DNA from: the human T2T-CHM13v2.0 reference genome, Homo sapiens
DNA length: 64,000 nucleotides
Strand: one strand, 5' to 3'
Assembly (NCBI RefSeq): GCF_009914755.1
Contig: NC_060943.1
The notes below the pieces were generated by a model. The model was given only the letters and a program-made list of their open reading frames with translations, was not told where the DNA came from and made no database searches. Below, in pieces: positions 14,176 to 28,886 of the stretch (positions within the stretch are counted from its first letter, which is position 1; each line of letters opens with the position of its first letter). The position numbers and the translations under genes were made by a program.

Positions 14176-15139
14176 AAGTCTGGACTCAAACTGCACTAGA
14201 ATTCAAGATTATTGCATCAAACAGCACGTTAGCATCTTAGCTGGAAACAGATGTTCCTGCTCCAGGCTGCCCCCACAAGTCAGGTTTGCTGGGCCTCTTT
14301 CATTGTCTCTGCAATGTGGAGTTTCTTTTGCTTCAGAGTTATCCTCACGGCTGTGATTCTCCAGCATCTGTAGCTAGAAAGGAGCAATGCAGAATCCTGG
14401 GAGGTGGATGGAAGCTGCCTCCCTCTGCAGTGTTAGGTAGAAGTTCCTTGGATTGCTTGGGTAAATGCAATGATTTCCTTCTGCCTTAGTCTTTTGTTGT
14501 TGCTGTTGTTTTTCTCTCCAATGTAGCAATGATTTCCCATTTTAAAATATTAAGCCACTAAGCTGTAAGAGAAACAAACTCCTTTGGGCATTTTTAACAT
14601 TACCTCAGCAGAGGAAGAAATGTCACATGGTCCTATACCGCACTGTCCTCAAAGGGAATGTATGCCTGGCCCCAAACATAGCTTCCTCCTTAGCAGGACA
14701 CAAACAAAGCAGCTAAAGATGGAGGTTAAGGCCAGTCGACTGCTTCCAGGTAAGCCGCCCTTGTAGTCCCTGGGATGAAATAGGGCAGGCACCAGAGGCC
14801 CTGGGCTGGTCTGCCCTAGTTTTGTGGGTTCCTGTCAGGTCCTCAGAGTTATTTAGCATAGTTTTGGGTGAGATCAGTTCACATAGAGTGCAGTATAAAT
14901 ACCATCCCCAATGTGCCAAGAAGCAGTTCACGAGGTGTGCCCTCACCACCAGCCCACAAGTCACGCTGATGAGCTCCGCGTAACCTCACCTTGAATTAGT
15001 GAACTGCGACTTGAAAACCATCCTTCAAGTGTGTACAATTTTTTTCATTTTTTTATTTTGAAGAGACACCTACTTGAGAGAATTCCTCTCTGGAATTTAA
15101 GAAATAATGAATGTGGACCTCACCAGCCCCTGGCCTTTT

Positions 15140-16350
15140 CGTAGTTCATAATGAAAACAAATGTTCATTTTTCCTTTAAAACTGTCTTGAGCTAAATGAT
15201 ACTGACGCTTTCAATTTTTAACATCATAATCAATAAAGGCTGCTTATGCACACTTTGCAAAACCATCAGTTTAGAAGTTTGAAAAAAAAATCTGCATATG
15301 GCTGCAGCTTGCTGGCTGGAACGCTCTCGCACTAAATCTTCTGAGTTAAAGTTTTACTGGTGTGTTATGAGTAAAAATGCCTTGTCAGCCATCTGCCAGT
15401 TTTTCTCCTAACATCCATATTTCCAACCCTTGCTAAACATTGGGAGCATGCGGCCACAAGAGGCCACCTCTACAATTAAACAGCCAAGCGCAGCAGCAGA
15501 AGCAAGGGCATGTCATGAGAGAACTGTCTAGTATTAATTTTAAAAGTCCATAAAGACTAGCTCCGACCCGTCCAGGATGATAGACGGGCTGTGAAATGTA
15601 TTAGAAACTGTTAACCCCAGGAGAGTAAGAAGAGGGCAGAAAAGCAAAAAGGGAGAGAGGAAAAAAAGGAAAGAAAGAAGGAACAGAAACAATCACAAAC
15701 AATGCGCCAGTGTCAAAAGCTTCAATAAGTGCTAATCATGGCTGATTAATCAGTCTCTAATTCCACTGATCCAAAAAGGTTACAGAGTCAATTGTGTAAA
15801 ATTAGCTCCTTCTCATGTGTCCCTCTGCATTTCGAGCCTCTGTCTGTTCATTTGCATCTTTTGCCAATGTTTACTAAGAATTCAGTTCATTAGCTCTTGA
15901 GCATAAAGTCAGAAATTGGAGGGGACTCTGCATTTTCTTGCTGAGAGTAGTGCTTAAAACAAATAGCATCACTTCCTCAAACATTTATAGATTAAACTAA
16001 ATGGCATTAATTACCGTAAATCTCCTATTTGTGAGGAGAAAGAGGGGGGAAAGAAAAAAAATCCTCTTTCTCCATACCCACAGTTTCATGGCAGGATTGT
16101 TCCATTCTCATCTAATGTCTCATACAGTTGGGGGCAAAATGTTTAATCACAGAATTAACAGGAAGCGAATGGCAAGGGAAGCTAACAAGGCGTGCTGCAA
16201 GGAGGCTAGCTAACTTTTTATAGAGCCGTGTTTTGCAAAGCTCAGAAGCAGAAGGTTGCTTTTGAAAGCCCTTATTAAAAAGAGATCCCTGCCACATATG
16301 TAGAAGCTATCTTGGGAAATACCTGTTTTACCCGTGTTTGAAAATCTTGA
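15140..16350. promoter_or_regulatory. Repeat-free, homeodomain/MEIS motif-rich block (candidate conserved enhancer)
   Basis: No TE similarity seen; TGTCA, CTGATTAATCAG, ATTAATTA, ATCATAATCAATAAA motifs. Confidence 0.45.
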
Positions 16351-17124
16351 AACCTGCCAAAGGGAGGTGGAGGAGCCAGCATGGGGCCTGGCTCAGGAAG
16401 TCTGCCCAGGGCCTCACAGAGGAAGCTGGGGATTGACATGGGAGAGGGGGAGCTCCTGCGTGTTTTCCAAAAGTGCATCTTGTGTGTTTCAGAGGAGAGA
16501 ATGTGCAAGTCAAACAAGCGGAATGGTTTGTAGAGCAAGGGGGTAATCTTGCAAGAAGCCACACACCTTTCTGGGAAATGTGCAGAATTCTTGGTCCTTG
16601 GAAAGGACAAGACGCCACCTGTTCAGACTTCATTTACACCAAGGGTGTCGCACCTGCTCCTCTTTAGGAGACGTGGGAATGGAGCAGGAGTAACACCCCA
16701 GAGAGTCGTGTTGGCCTGGGAGGGACTAGAGCCTTCCGGAGCTCCCTGCTGTGTGCACAGCCAAGTATATTTTAAACAATGTGCTGGTGCTGATCAAACC
16801 CAGGGGGGCTGCTTGCAGAAGGCTGGCCACAGGCATTCACTCTGGATCTCTGGGTGCTCTCCCCTCCTCTAGCTTAAGTATATTCACATAGTCTGGTCCC
16901 TATGCCTCTGCTTCTATTTTCCTACATATTTTCTGCCTGAAATGCCTCTCATCCTACCCCCTGCCGACCTCTTCTTTCCCCAAATCTTAGCAAAGCATCA
17001 ACGATGGAGGAATAGGTATTCCAAGTGGAAACCCTTAGACATTGGCCCCACCCTCCCAGAGCTCACATGGAGCAAGGGAATTCTAGATACATAAGGAAGT
17101 AATAACAATCAGATTACATGATGA

Positions 17125-17276
17125 CAGCATCACCTCCTCCAGGGAGCCTCCTCTGATTTCCTCAGGCTGCATTCCTGTTTCTCTATCCTGTGTGTCTCTT
17201 AGCAAGGGACTTCCTGTTTTCCAATTATGGTTTCTGTTTCTATCTTACCTTCTGAGTGTGAGCCTCTTTAAAATTT

Positions 17277-17307
<31 letters not shown>

Positions 17308-17695
17308 GAGACAGGATCTCTCTGTCACTCAGGCTGGAGTGCCATGGCAAAATCATGGCTAACTGCAACTTCAACTTCCTGGGCTCAAATGATCCTCCCA
17401 ATGCAGCCTCCTGGGTAGCTGGAACTACAGGCATGAGCCACCATGCCTGGATAATTGCTTAAATTTTTTGTAGAGACAGGATGTCACTATGTTCGCCAGG
17501 CTGGTCTTGAACACCTGGGCTCAAGTGATCCTCCCTTCTCAGCCTCCCAAAGTGCTGAGATTACAGGTGTGAGCCATTATACCCAGTGATGAGCCTCTTA
17601 GGGATAGGACAATATCCCAAGACCAAGTTCATCCCCAGACCAAGTTCAGCGCTAGGACAAAATAGGTGTTCAATACACACTTGTTGAATGAATGT
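17125..17695 (+). mobile_element. L2 3' end, split by an AluJ
   Basis: catcacctcctccagggagcct..tgtgagcctctt..ttgttgaatgaatg terminus. Confidence 0.75.
17274..17587 (-). mobile_element. AluJ
   Basis: Reverse Alu with (CAAAA)n tail; TSD tgagcctctt. Confidence 0.95.
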
Positions 17696-17959
17696 ACCTC
17701 AGCAACCAGACCCTCATTTTGCAATGTGCTGTACAGACACTGGTCCTTTCCTTCTAGCTGTAAAATGTCATGACTCAGGACTGGGCCTCTGACCCCTCTG
17801 GTCCCAGGAATTAACAGGTTTGCAGAAGGTGTGGGGTATGTATTAATAAGATGTGTAGCTATTAATCCAGCGCAAGATGAGATGATTAAAGTGAAACCCA
17901 CAGCAAGGTCCAGATTTGGGGAATAATGTGATGGAAAGTTATTTATTACCTCTATCTTC

Positions 17960-18100
17960 CTTTATGTCTGTGTATCTGCCCATTGCTAAATACAAGCATC
18001 TTGAGGGCAGGACTATCTTGTTTTCTTCCTGACCCTAAAATCCAGGACAAGCCTGACTTGCAGTAGATACCTACAAAGTATTTGCAACGGAATCAGTGGG
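17960..18100 (+). mobile_element. L2 3' fragment
   Basis: cttgagggcaggactatcttgttt..cagtagatacctacaaagtatttg. Confidence 0.6.
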
Positions 18101-19051
18101 TAGGCTTGGGGCCTAAAGCACAAAGCCCCTTTCTTATATTACAGCAAATCAAGGATCAGAGTGTCTAAGCCTCCTGGTGCTTCTGTGCCCATGTAAACAT
18201 ACCTGTATATCCGAAGGTGAAAGTCATTTATGTCAAAGTTATGCGTGGAAATCCCTTAGGATGGTATTTTGTTCGAGACCCACAGTGGCCTCCCAGTTGG
18301 GTGAGCAAGCCATTTTTCCCTCCCGTGTAGGGTACACCGTTGAATCTCGGGAGGAATATTAGAAGTACTAGCTTGCCTTTATGATCCTCGTTGTATTTTT
18401 AAAAATATGTCTTTTATTTTGTAAAATGTAATGCAATGTAGTGAGACATTCCCATCATGGGACTGAGAACAACTGAGGGTGTAACTCCAAGGTCACATCA
18501 CCCATCATCCTCACCCTGGGTGAGGTGAATGTCAGCATCCAAAGTCCCTGCACTGCTAAAGCAGGGTCTCCTATAGTGTCAGTAAATCTCCTCTGACTGC
18601 CCAGCACTCACTTACTCAGAGAAACCACAGAGGCTCAGGTCAGCATTAAGGACTCAAGTGGGTGGCTTCTGAGCCCAGCCTGCTGTTTCTAGACCCTCCT
18701 TAGGCTCACACCAGGTGGGTGCCCGGGCAGAGCTAGGGTGGGCTGGCACCCGAGAAGGAAGGGCGGGAGGCTCCTTAGAGTGAGCTCCTCGGCTCGCCTC
18801 TGCTTCCTGATTCATCATGTTTTTTTATTAGCTCTCTTTTCTCTGATAAACCTTTGCAGAAGAGGCGCTCTTGGAAACAGCTGGAGCAAGTCCCTTCAGC
18901 AGGTGGAGTTTGGCAGACAGGTTCCCAGATCCAGCCACCAAATCGCTCAAGCTCCCACTTCAATGAGGGGAAAAGAGAGCTGCAACATAAAGCAGGCTCT
19001 GCTTTCCCACCTCCTTGTTTAACTCACCCAAGAATAAACGCAACAAGCTGA

Positions 19052-19636
<585 letters not shown>

Positions 19637-20534
19637 TGAACTTTCTCCCGCTTTCTGCACTCACTCTGTCCTCCTTCTCATTGGCTTCAACCTGCAATCC
19701 AATGCAAAAGAAAATGGGAAAATCAAGGGCTTTCTTTTCCATTATTTAATGTCTTGTTTTTAGATTTTTAAAATTCTGACCTGAAATTTGAAAAGACATT
19801 GATACAGCACCAGTCATATTCTGTTTTAAATTCTCATCAGAATTTGTACTCACGTCGGGGCAAAGCTATGAGGAGATGGCCAAGGAGAAGTGCTCAATGC
19901 CCCCAACCCCAGCTTTTCTTCCCCAAGACAAAGTTTGGGCTCCATTTCCTTATTTCTTTCCATTTGTGTTTTTGCTTTTACATGATGATTGTGGGAAGTG
20001 GCTACAATCAGTGACAACCAGCAAGGTAGGATGCTGCTGCCCAAAGCCACAGCTGACCCAGAAAGACACTCCCAGATTATTGGCAGCAGCGGTATTTTAA
20101 GAATTTATAGAGTGGAGGTAAAAAGGGCTTTCTACACTATGAAGTGGGCGAGTTGGTCTCACTCTGGGCGGGAAAATTTATTTCAATTTGCATGCCAATT
20201 GTGATGGATTGGTAGTAATGGCCTGGAATGCTGAATTCAGGAGGGTTCACTGGCTATGCCTGTGCTGAGCAGAACAGTGGCCTCCCAGGGCCAGTGACTT
20301 TGGCCACTGAGCTAATGGGAAGGAAGGTCCCTACCTATTTTCCTTCTGGGGCTAGAATCTCCGAGCTCATTTTCAAATCTAGGCAAGGCATTCCAAAATC
20401 AAGAAACACTCCATAAGTCCATACCAGATACAGTAATCAACTTATTTAGCTTTCTCTGAGCCATCGTTTTGGCAAATTGAATACTCTATGGAAATTGGTT
20501 TTTTTCATGGGACTTCACTGCCTCCCTCCCTCAC

Positions 20535-20722
20535 CCCCTTGCACTATTGCTGTAAAGGATGCTGAGATATCAGAGTCAAGCATTCAGTTGTTTCAGTTTC
20601 TTTGATGGTGATTAGCAAAATAGAATATGTGTATCCTTCAAGGGGAGATACAATTCCATGAATGACGATAGTTGCATTTTCTTTGACATCTTTGTAGCTG
20701 CCATATCCATTTGCACCACAAC
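20535..20722 (-). ncRNA. Candidate non-coding exon (188 nt)
   Basis: Minus strand: polypyrimidine tract + atacag|G acceptor and GGG|gtgagg donor; stops in all three frames. Confidence 0.3.
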
Positions 20723-22459
20723 CTGTATACACATTTAAAAAAAGACAAAAGGAAAAAGGTAAACGATCATGAGATGTATTTCCTGTAATATTTAATAATC
20801 ACATTGAAACACTGACATGCATTGCGCTGCATTTACAAACCTCTGTTTCCTTTGAAAATTACACCCTAGCATTTAATTCACCAAAATAACTCATTTTATA
20901 CAGCACAACAATGTAGTAAAATAACTCATCTCGAATATGTGGATATGAATAGATTTAACACATCTGCATTGAACAAAATGAATTAATCTAAAAGCCGAGA
21001 AACTGCTGTTCTCTTTCGAGAGTTACCGATTATTTTACCATTCCCTTCAGTTTACTTGTTTGTTTTTGTTAAATTACTTTTGGAATTAGGAAATGAGGAA
21101 AGCAGAAACACTAGTTAGGTTTTTCTCTACTTGGAATGGAGAAACGGGACATAAATAATCATTTGCATTATACCTTATTTCTTTAAAAATTATATTTACA
21201 ATTGTGCAGAGACCAAGGAGAGGCCTCTGTTCACTGTGGGCTTCTGTTTAATCTTTGGAAAATACTGTATTTCCATTACAACCCTCTCCCAAAAGAAGTC
21301 TAGATATTAAAATTATTTTTTGAAGCTGACTGTAAAGTGCTAAAAACAAATCAGAGTTCAAGTGCATTTCAGGGCTCCCCCCTGGGAGGATATTCACTTG
21401 TAGACGTGGAGCCCGTCTCCCGAAAGAGGAGATGCATATGTGTTCACTGCATCTGAATTCTCGCACACGGGGCTGTGGGCTCCACAGTGCAGCATTCCCA
21501 AGGCTCAGTGGTTATTTCTGGCCCTGGCCGTCTGGGCAGGCACAGGCATCACGAGGAGAAGAGCCCATCTGTGCTGATGGTTTGGGATGGAGTGTGGTGA
21601 CCCAAACCCACAGCTGGAAAGATAAACCCAAGCACACTCTTCATGTGGGGCACAGGTGCCACAATCTGGGTGGCTCTGACAGTTCCTGGGTCCTGGAGGG
21701 CCTCTCTGATGCAATTAACTTTGAGGGCAACCGGCAGGATCTACTGGGCCCCATTCCTACTAACTCTACAGCAAATGCAGCCAGAAGGTCTCCCTTCCAT
21801 GAGCTGGGACAGAAATGGAGACCACCTTTGTGCGGAGGGATATAAAAAGGCAGAGTCCCCAAATCTTCAGATGCAGAGCCTTCAGGTCAGAGTTTGCAAA
21901 TGGATCCTATGTCCCCTTTCTTGCAGAAACCACATTGGGATGTAGCACCCACCACTTCCAGTTTCAGGCTCTGCAAAATGGAGACAGTTTGTGCAGTCAC
22001 TTAAGTGCAGAATCTTTATCTTCACGATTTCTTGCCTCAGACATATACTCTACTATACTACTATAGCTTCCCTTGTAGGAACTTTTATCAGTACTCCGGT
22101 CTCTCTGGAGTCTTTCCAAAGCCTTCAACTTAGTTTTCATAGGGAAAAAAAAATCTAATTTTTCACCTCTTATTTGATCAATGTGCACAATTTATTAAAT
22201 TGCATAATGACAATTACAACTAAAGCAGGTTTGGGAATAAACTCATCTGATTCCTGGGAAATATTCAGCTCACCCAGTGCACCCCCCCTCCTACCCCAAC
22301 CTTGAGCACTCAGGACACTATGGGCCTCATCATCCAGGGCATCTTCTAGAAGGAATGGTGGCTCTGGCTACCTCTGAGTTGGTCAAGAGAGGGCTGGTTA
22401 GGGGAGTTTCTAAGATCGACCAGATATGATCTAGGAGATATTCAGGCTATGGGTAGGCA

Positions 22460-22614
22460 AGGTGGGGACCATGTGACGGGCTTTCCTACTAAGGAGTTTA
22501 GAGATTCTCCTGGCAGTAATAAGGAACTGCTTATCGTTTCTGGGAGAGAAGGAAGCAATTTCATCCAATTTGCCGTCTGGAAAGCTCACTGGGTTGCAGT
22601 AGGGAATGGACTGG
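22460..22614 (-). mobile_element. L2 fragment
   Basis: taaggagtttagagattctcct..ggaaagctcactgggttgcagtagggaatggactgg. Confidence 0.55.
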
Positions 22615-23074
22615 ATTATTGTTTCTTAGCCTTTCTCCCGCCCTTGTAATGGGATTTTACACCCATAGCTTTCGTGAGGTGTGTGCCTTTGCCATCTCTC
22701 CCAGTAGAGTAGGTGGCTCTTTGTCTTTGGACTTAGGCATGTGGCTGCTTTGGTCAATGGATGTTGGGGGGACATGAGGGAACCACAGGCTTTGCCTGTG
22801 TCTGGGGGACTTGGCTGTCACTCTATCACTCCTGCAGTCTGCCAGGAAAGGAACATGCCCAAGGTGGTCACGTTCCCTTCAGCCTGAGCCTTGGAATGAG
22901 AGGTAAAGGAGCAGACCTGAATCTGACTTGCAGCCTGGAGCAAAGTTGCCGTATCCGACCCACAGGCCCAGTGAGAAATGCCCGTTTGCTGTGAGCTTTG
23001 TAACAAACAACCCTCAGCCCTCAATGAGGATGTGGGTTGCAATTGAGCCATATTGCAGATGGCTGATTAATACA
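22615..23074 (+). mobile_element. MaLR LTR (MLT1I-like)
   Basis: ggagcagacctgaatctgacttgcagcctggagc; ends gctgattaataca. Confidence 0.75.
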
Positions 23075-24889
23075 GAACTGGACAAGACTGAGTGGGATGG
23101 GAAGCAGGAAACCCATCACTCTCTCTCACCCAGTTGGGTGACTTCAGGATAGTCCGCGTCCCTCTCCAGGACCCATTTTCTTGTTGGCAAAGTAAGGAAG
23201 TCATAGTAGGTGATCTCTACGGGCCTTGCCACCTCTCAGGGGCCATAACGGAGCAGAAGAGGAGATAGAGCATCACCTTGCCCTGGCTGGGGTACAGTTT
23301 CTACAGGAGGGATGATTTCCGTCACTTTCACCAGGAAAGGGTCTTGGTCTTCACGTCGTTTGCAGTCCACAGGATGCCAAGACCCATTTGGCAGTACAAA
23401 AGGACATCCTGAAACAGCACATCCCAATGTCCCCAAAGTCACTGCAAGTCATTCCCATCACCCCGTCCCGTCCCCCGGGCTCCACTCACACAAGGTGAAA
23501 TCTTGCATGCATGTATCCTAAATTCCTTGCCCTAGCTCCCTTCTCTGGTGCTGGGGGCAGAGCATTCCTAGAGAAGGTCTTAGGGTCTGTGGGGGGCTCC
23601 TTACCAGGCAGGAGACTTTCTGCCAGGAGCCAGGCCTGCAGGGAGCAGCTTTGGGGTGGGATTTTCGAGGAAGAGTGATTATCAGGGCATCGGTAATAAG
23701 GGGGGTGGGAAGAGCATGAGAAGAACAATGGAGAGGCCTCCCCGGTGCAGTCACTCTAAGGTATGTCACCTTCTCCGATGCCAGGGCCACTGTCAGAAAG
23801 GCAACTTCATCTAACTAATTAGCAGGGTTTGCCACTTTACAAATCTGCCGCGGCTTTCTTGGCACGAAACAGCCGCGGAGGCAAAGAGCTGTAGGAACCC
23901 ATTAAAAATCACAGGGCTGAAAGAAAAGGAGGGCAAGGGGGAAATTTGAGATAAGAGGTGGGGGAAGGAAGGAAATTTCCCTGTACCAGGCCAGCTGCCG
24001 GCTCCCCTCTCTCTGTCCACATGCAAGCAGGAAGTGGTTAAAGTGATGGGAAGGGGAACCCACCCTCCTCTTGAGCTGGGCCTCTGATCTCTGCATCTGG
24101 TTTTTCCTCTTGAAGCACTCTCTGGTTTTAAAGTGGCTTTGAAGGAAGACTCTCCTGTGGACTGCAACCTGTCACTGCACCCTGTCATCCATCCAGTAAT
24201 TAAAATCTGACTGATTTACTGACTGGTACCGACCATCATAGCTCTGGAGTTAGCTGATGTTCATCTTTCCCAAGGCTAAAGTTACTTGGTGAAAAGAGAC
24301 CGCTTGCTCCCAAGCTAAGCTGTCATACAGCTGCAGTGGAGACCATAAAGATAGCTAACAGAGCCCTCACCAGCCATCTTTAGTTTATTTTATTCTAATA
24401 TTTATCACCTCCCAGCAAATGAACATAATACAGACAAGTTAGGGAGAGGTGTGCAGGCTGATTTGTGGGTCCGGTGTGGCAGGCCATCTAAACACTGGAC
24501 GGGCCACACTGAAGAGCAGGGCATCTCCCCGAAGGGCTGGCCAACCTACAAAGACTTGTGGGTTGGGGAAGAGTCTTGAGCTCTGAAAAGTGAGGCTAGC
24601 TGTGTGCATGGGAAAGGGTAAAGGAATCAGGGTCCCATCCAGGGGTGCTGAGTTTCCTGAGCCACCCAGCAGCCTGTGGGGTGACCTATCTTCTCCATCC
24701 TGTCCTTGCATAGTCTTGACTTTGCTATCACAGTTCCGGGACGTGGCCCATCCTGGCCCTTCTTGTGTAAGGTTACACCAGAGCTCCTGTGGGAGGCAGC
24801 CTCTCCCCACATCTCCAGAGCTGCTAGACCTGGGCTCTGCCCCCATGAACTCCCTGCCAGCCGGCTCCTTTTCTCCTCTTCTCTCAGGA

Positions 24890-25696
<807 letters not shown>

Positions 25697-28600
25697 ACTT
25701 CTCATTTTTGCTGAAGCAAAGAGGGCTCCAGTACTCTCTGCAGGTCACTGCGTCTCCCAGCTGACAGCCATCAGCTCGCATGTCTTATAAATCACGAAAC
25801 CACACAGTGATGCACTCATACAACTCCCTGGGCTGTGGGTATTAATTGTGCATGATGATGTTTACAGAACAAACCAAAAATCCATATAACATTACATATA
25901 TATATGTATCATTTTTTAAACAAACATCATTATAACGTTACATGTCATATATATGTATGTGTGCATGCATGTATATACTTTTTAAAACAAACACAATGGC
26001 TGTTTTGTCAAGAAAATTAAGTGGGGGGATGTAGGGAGAAACATGGGGAGAACGTACAAGAGATAAGGAGTTTCCGGGGTCTTTGTTCCCCTTGCCCTCT
26101 CTGCTTGGGGAGGACTTCTGTCCTGCTGTTTCTGGGACAAGCAGTCTTTGGAGGATGGAACTGGGGTTGGGAATACCTTCAGGGCTTGGAGTTGGATCAG
26201 ATAAATCCAGATGAGATAAACTAATATGAGATATTACAGACCATCTGGAAGGACTAGGAAGGGTCACAGAGCAAGTCCACAGAGAGCAGACAATGAGAAG
26301 GAGCAGGTTTTCTGACCCTTCCCGGGGCTCTCCTCACCACCCTCCAAAACTAAGGGTTCATTTCTATTGTGTTTGCTTCCTGTTGTCCTTAAGTCAGAGC
26401 AGTGATTCTAGGTCCTCGTGAAACCCAGAACATTACGCCTCCTAAGCTAGACATCAATAGGAAGGACACCTAAAAACTGGAGACCACAGTACTTCTCCAC
26501 CACCAAATATGCAGCCTTCACAGTCCCAACTACCTCCTTACATGCTGGTGCAAATCGGGCGTTCCACTCAGGTCTGAGGGTGCCACCAGCCACCTGCACA
26601 CCTGCGCATGCTCAGTGGAGCTCAGTGGAGCTCACCGGAGCAGTCGTGTCTGCCAGACAAAAGCTATGGCTCTTGGGAAGAGAGGGAAGATAGCGACACA
26701 GATCCAGTTACTAGCAGGAAGCCCAGTTTGTTCTCCCGATTCAGTCCCAAGCATCCCAAAGGACTTCAACTTCTGGGGAGCAAAGGGCCTCCTTCACCTG
26801 GTTAGAAAACCTCGAGGGAAGAAGAACAGCGGGTGAGAAGAGTGGAAGGTGGTGTTTTTATTTTGAGTAAATCAATTGGCTAATCAGGGTGGGATTTTCC
26901 ATCTGGGAGTTGAAAGGGCAAAAGGAGAACAGTTAATTTTTCAAAACTTCACTTTAAAATACAAGCCCCCTGTTTGTGAGCTACATTTGATGCAGAGTCT
27001 AGGCGGGACATCAAGAAGTGGCGTCAGGGCCAGAACTAGCATAGTTTAAAAGAACAGCAAGTAAATTAAGACAATTAGGCATTCTTAATGCCCAGGGATT
27101 TTTTTTGTGTGTGTGTGTACATTTTTCTTCCAAAAGAGCCTGCTTGCAAGACAGAATTTCTTCTTATTTTCTTTCTTTCATTTCTTCTTTTTTTTGCATT
27201 CACACTCTGGATTTTTCCTTGTATTTCTCTTGGGGAATGCATAGTTTGGTCCTGACTAGGGTGGGTACCAGGCTGTCGCTGGTAGGGAGCCTGTCCTGTC
27301 CTAAATGGCTCTCAAATGGAGTGGAAGGGGGAAGGGGGAAGGGGAGGACTTTTTAAAGGTACAAATTCCACCAACTCCTGGAGACCCCAGGTAGAGGTCA
27401 GTAAGGTTAAGTGAGATAAAAAAGTGAAAGCATTTCTGGAAATTCTTAGGAAGAAAGGTGCTAGATAAATTCTAGCTACATTTATGACTATTTTTATGGC
27501 TTGGCTTGTAACACTGTGGGTGGTCCCTGGACACGGGGCTCATTCATTCAGCTCACAGGAATCATGAGGTTGAGATCTGCAAACAGATCTGGCTCTGGAA
27601 TGGTGGATGGGATGGGGAGATGGCTCCAGCAGACACCTCACTAAGGGGGCAGGAGGTCACTGTAAAACAGGAAGATCAGCTGTCCAATGATGGAAGGCAC
27701 ATTTCTCAAATGTTTCTGACCGTTACCCATCTAGACTCAGGCACACATTCACCCTCCCATTCCCATTCTTCTGTGGTGAGAGATCTGGTGATAACAAATG
27801 GAGAATAACAAAATCAGCCAGTTGCTAGTAACACACATAAACTGTGTATTATTTACTCTATGAGAGATGAAGATAAGCATATACACATTTGGTTTTATTT
27901 TATAAAACAATGCCTCATAAAGTAAACACTAGCCCAGCAATTTTATTGCATTTACCTTGATAATATGTTGCAAGCCATTTAAAGAGAACAAATTCACTGA
28001 CAGACCATCACCCATGAAGTATGGCTATACAAGCACAACAGTTTGGGGATAAAGTATAAATTGGTTTTAGCATTAGGAGCAAAGATGATTCATACGGAAA
28101 TCACAATGCAAACAGGTCTTCAACTTAAATAACAAATTTTAATTTAGAGGTCGATAATACTTTTAGCCAAAAATGTGTTCCTGTCTACATTGTAGGGTTG
28201 AGGAACAAACTGCAGCAAACTGGTAAGGATGCAAAGTTTAATGTAATTTGTAAATTGTAAAAGCAAGATCGGCAGCTTTGAAATATCACGATCTACTCAA
28301 GAGACCAGTCATAGAATGACCTTCCAGAAAGTCCTATACTCTGTATGGGGCCAGGTGCACCAGAAACTCTGCCCTGCTGCCATCCAGACTTGGTAGAAGA
28401 GTTCTCCACATACTCTAGTATATTCTTAATTTTTATTTATGAATTCTTCATTACATTAACCCAAGAACCTTCCTAATGGATTACTAATAAGTAGCTCTAG
28501 GTAACATGTGAATCTAAAAGTGGTTGTAATTCACCTGTAATTCACCAGCCCAGGACAGGATTCATCCCCTCATGTGGATAGTGGTGGCCTTAGGGCAAAA

Positions 28601-28886
28601 GTAACAATTACCGAAAAGAAAGTGTAAACTAAGGGTTATAGGAGTTTGGAGGAAAGAGGATACTTTTGGCTGGGTGGAAGATGGGGAGCAGGGGATAACA
28701 GGGATAATAGCTTAGGGGAAGGGCCCTCCAGGAAAACAGACCCCCAGGAGCAAAGTCTTGGGGTGAGAAATGAACAAGGGGAGAATGAGTGACCCTGAGT
28801 GGCTGGAGAGGGGTGTGTACAAGAGGAAATCATGGGCTGGAGGACTGGTCATTATCTAATGGATGATGCTCTGTCTATGGAAATCC

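Noticed and set aside
20544-20732. 62-aa ORF as a coding exon
   Set aside because: The start lies upstream of the acceptor, a stop occurs before the donor, and no protein similarity is recognised; kept only as a non-coding exon candidate
28690-28708. I-SceI-like site (GGGATAACAGGG core)
   Set aside because: Only 13/18 ungapped match to TAGGGATAACAGGGTAAT; explained by a GGGATAA tandem duplication in old L2-like sequence, with no vector context
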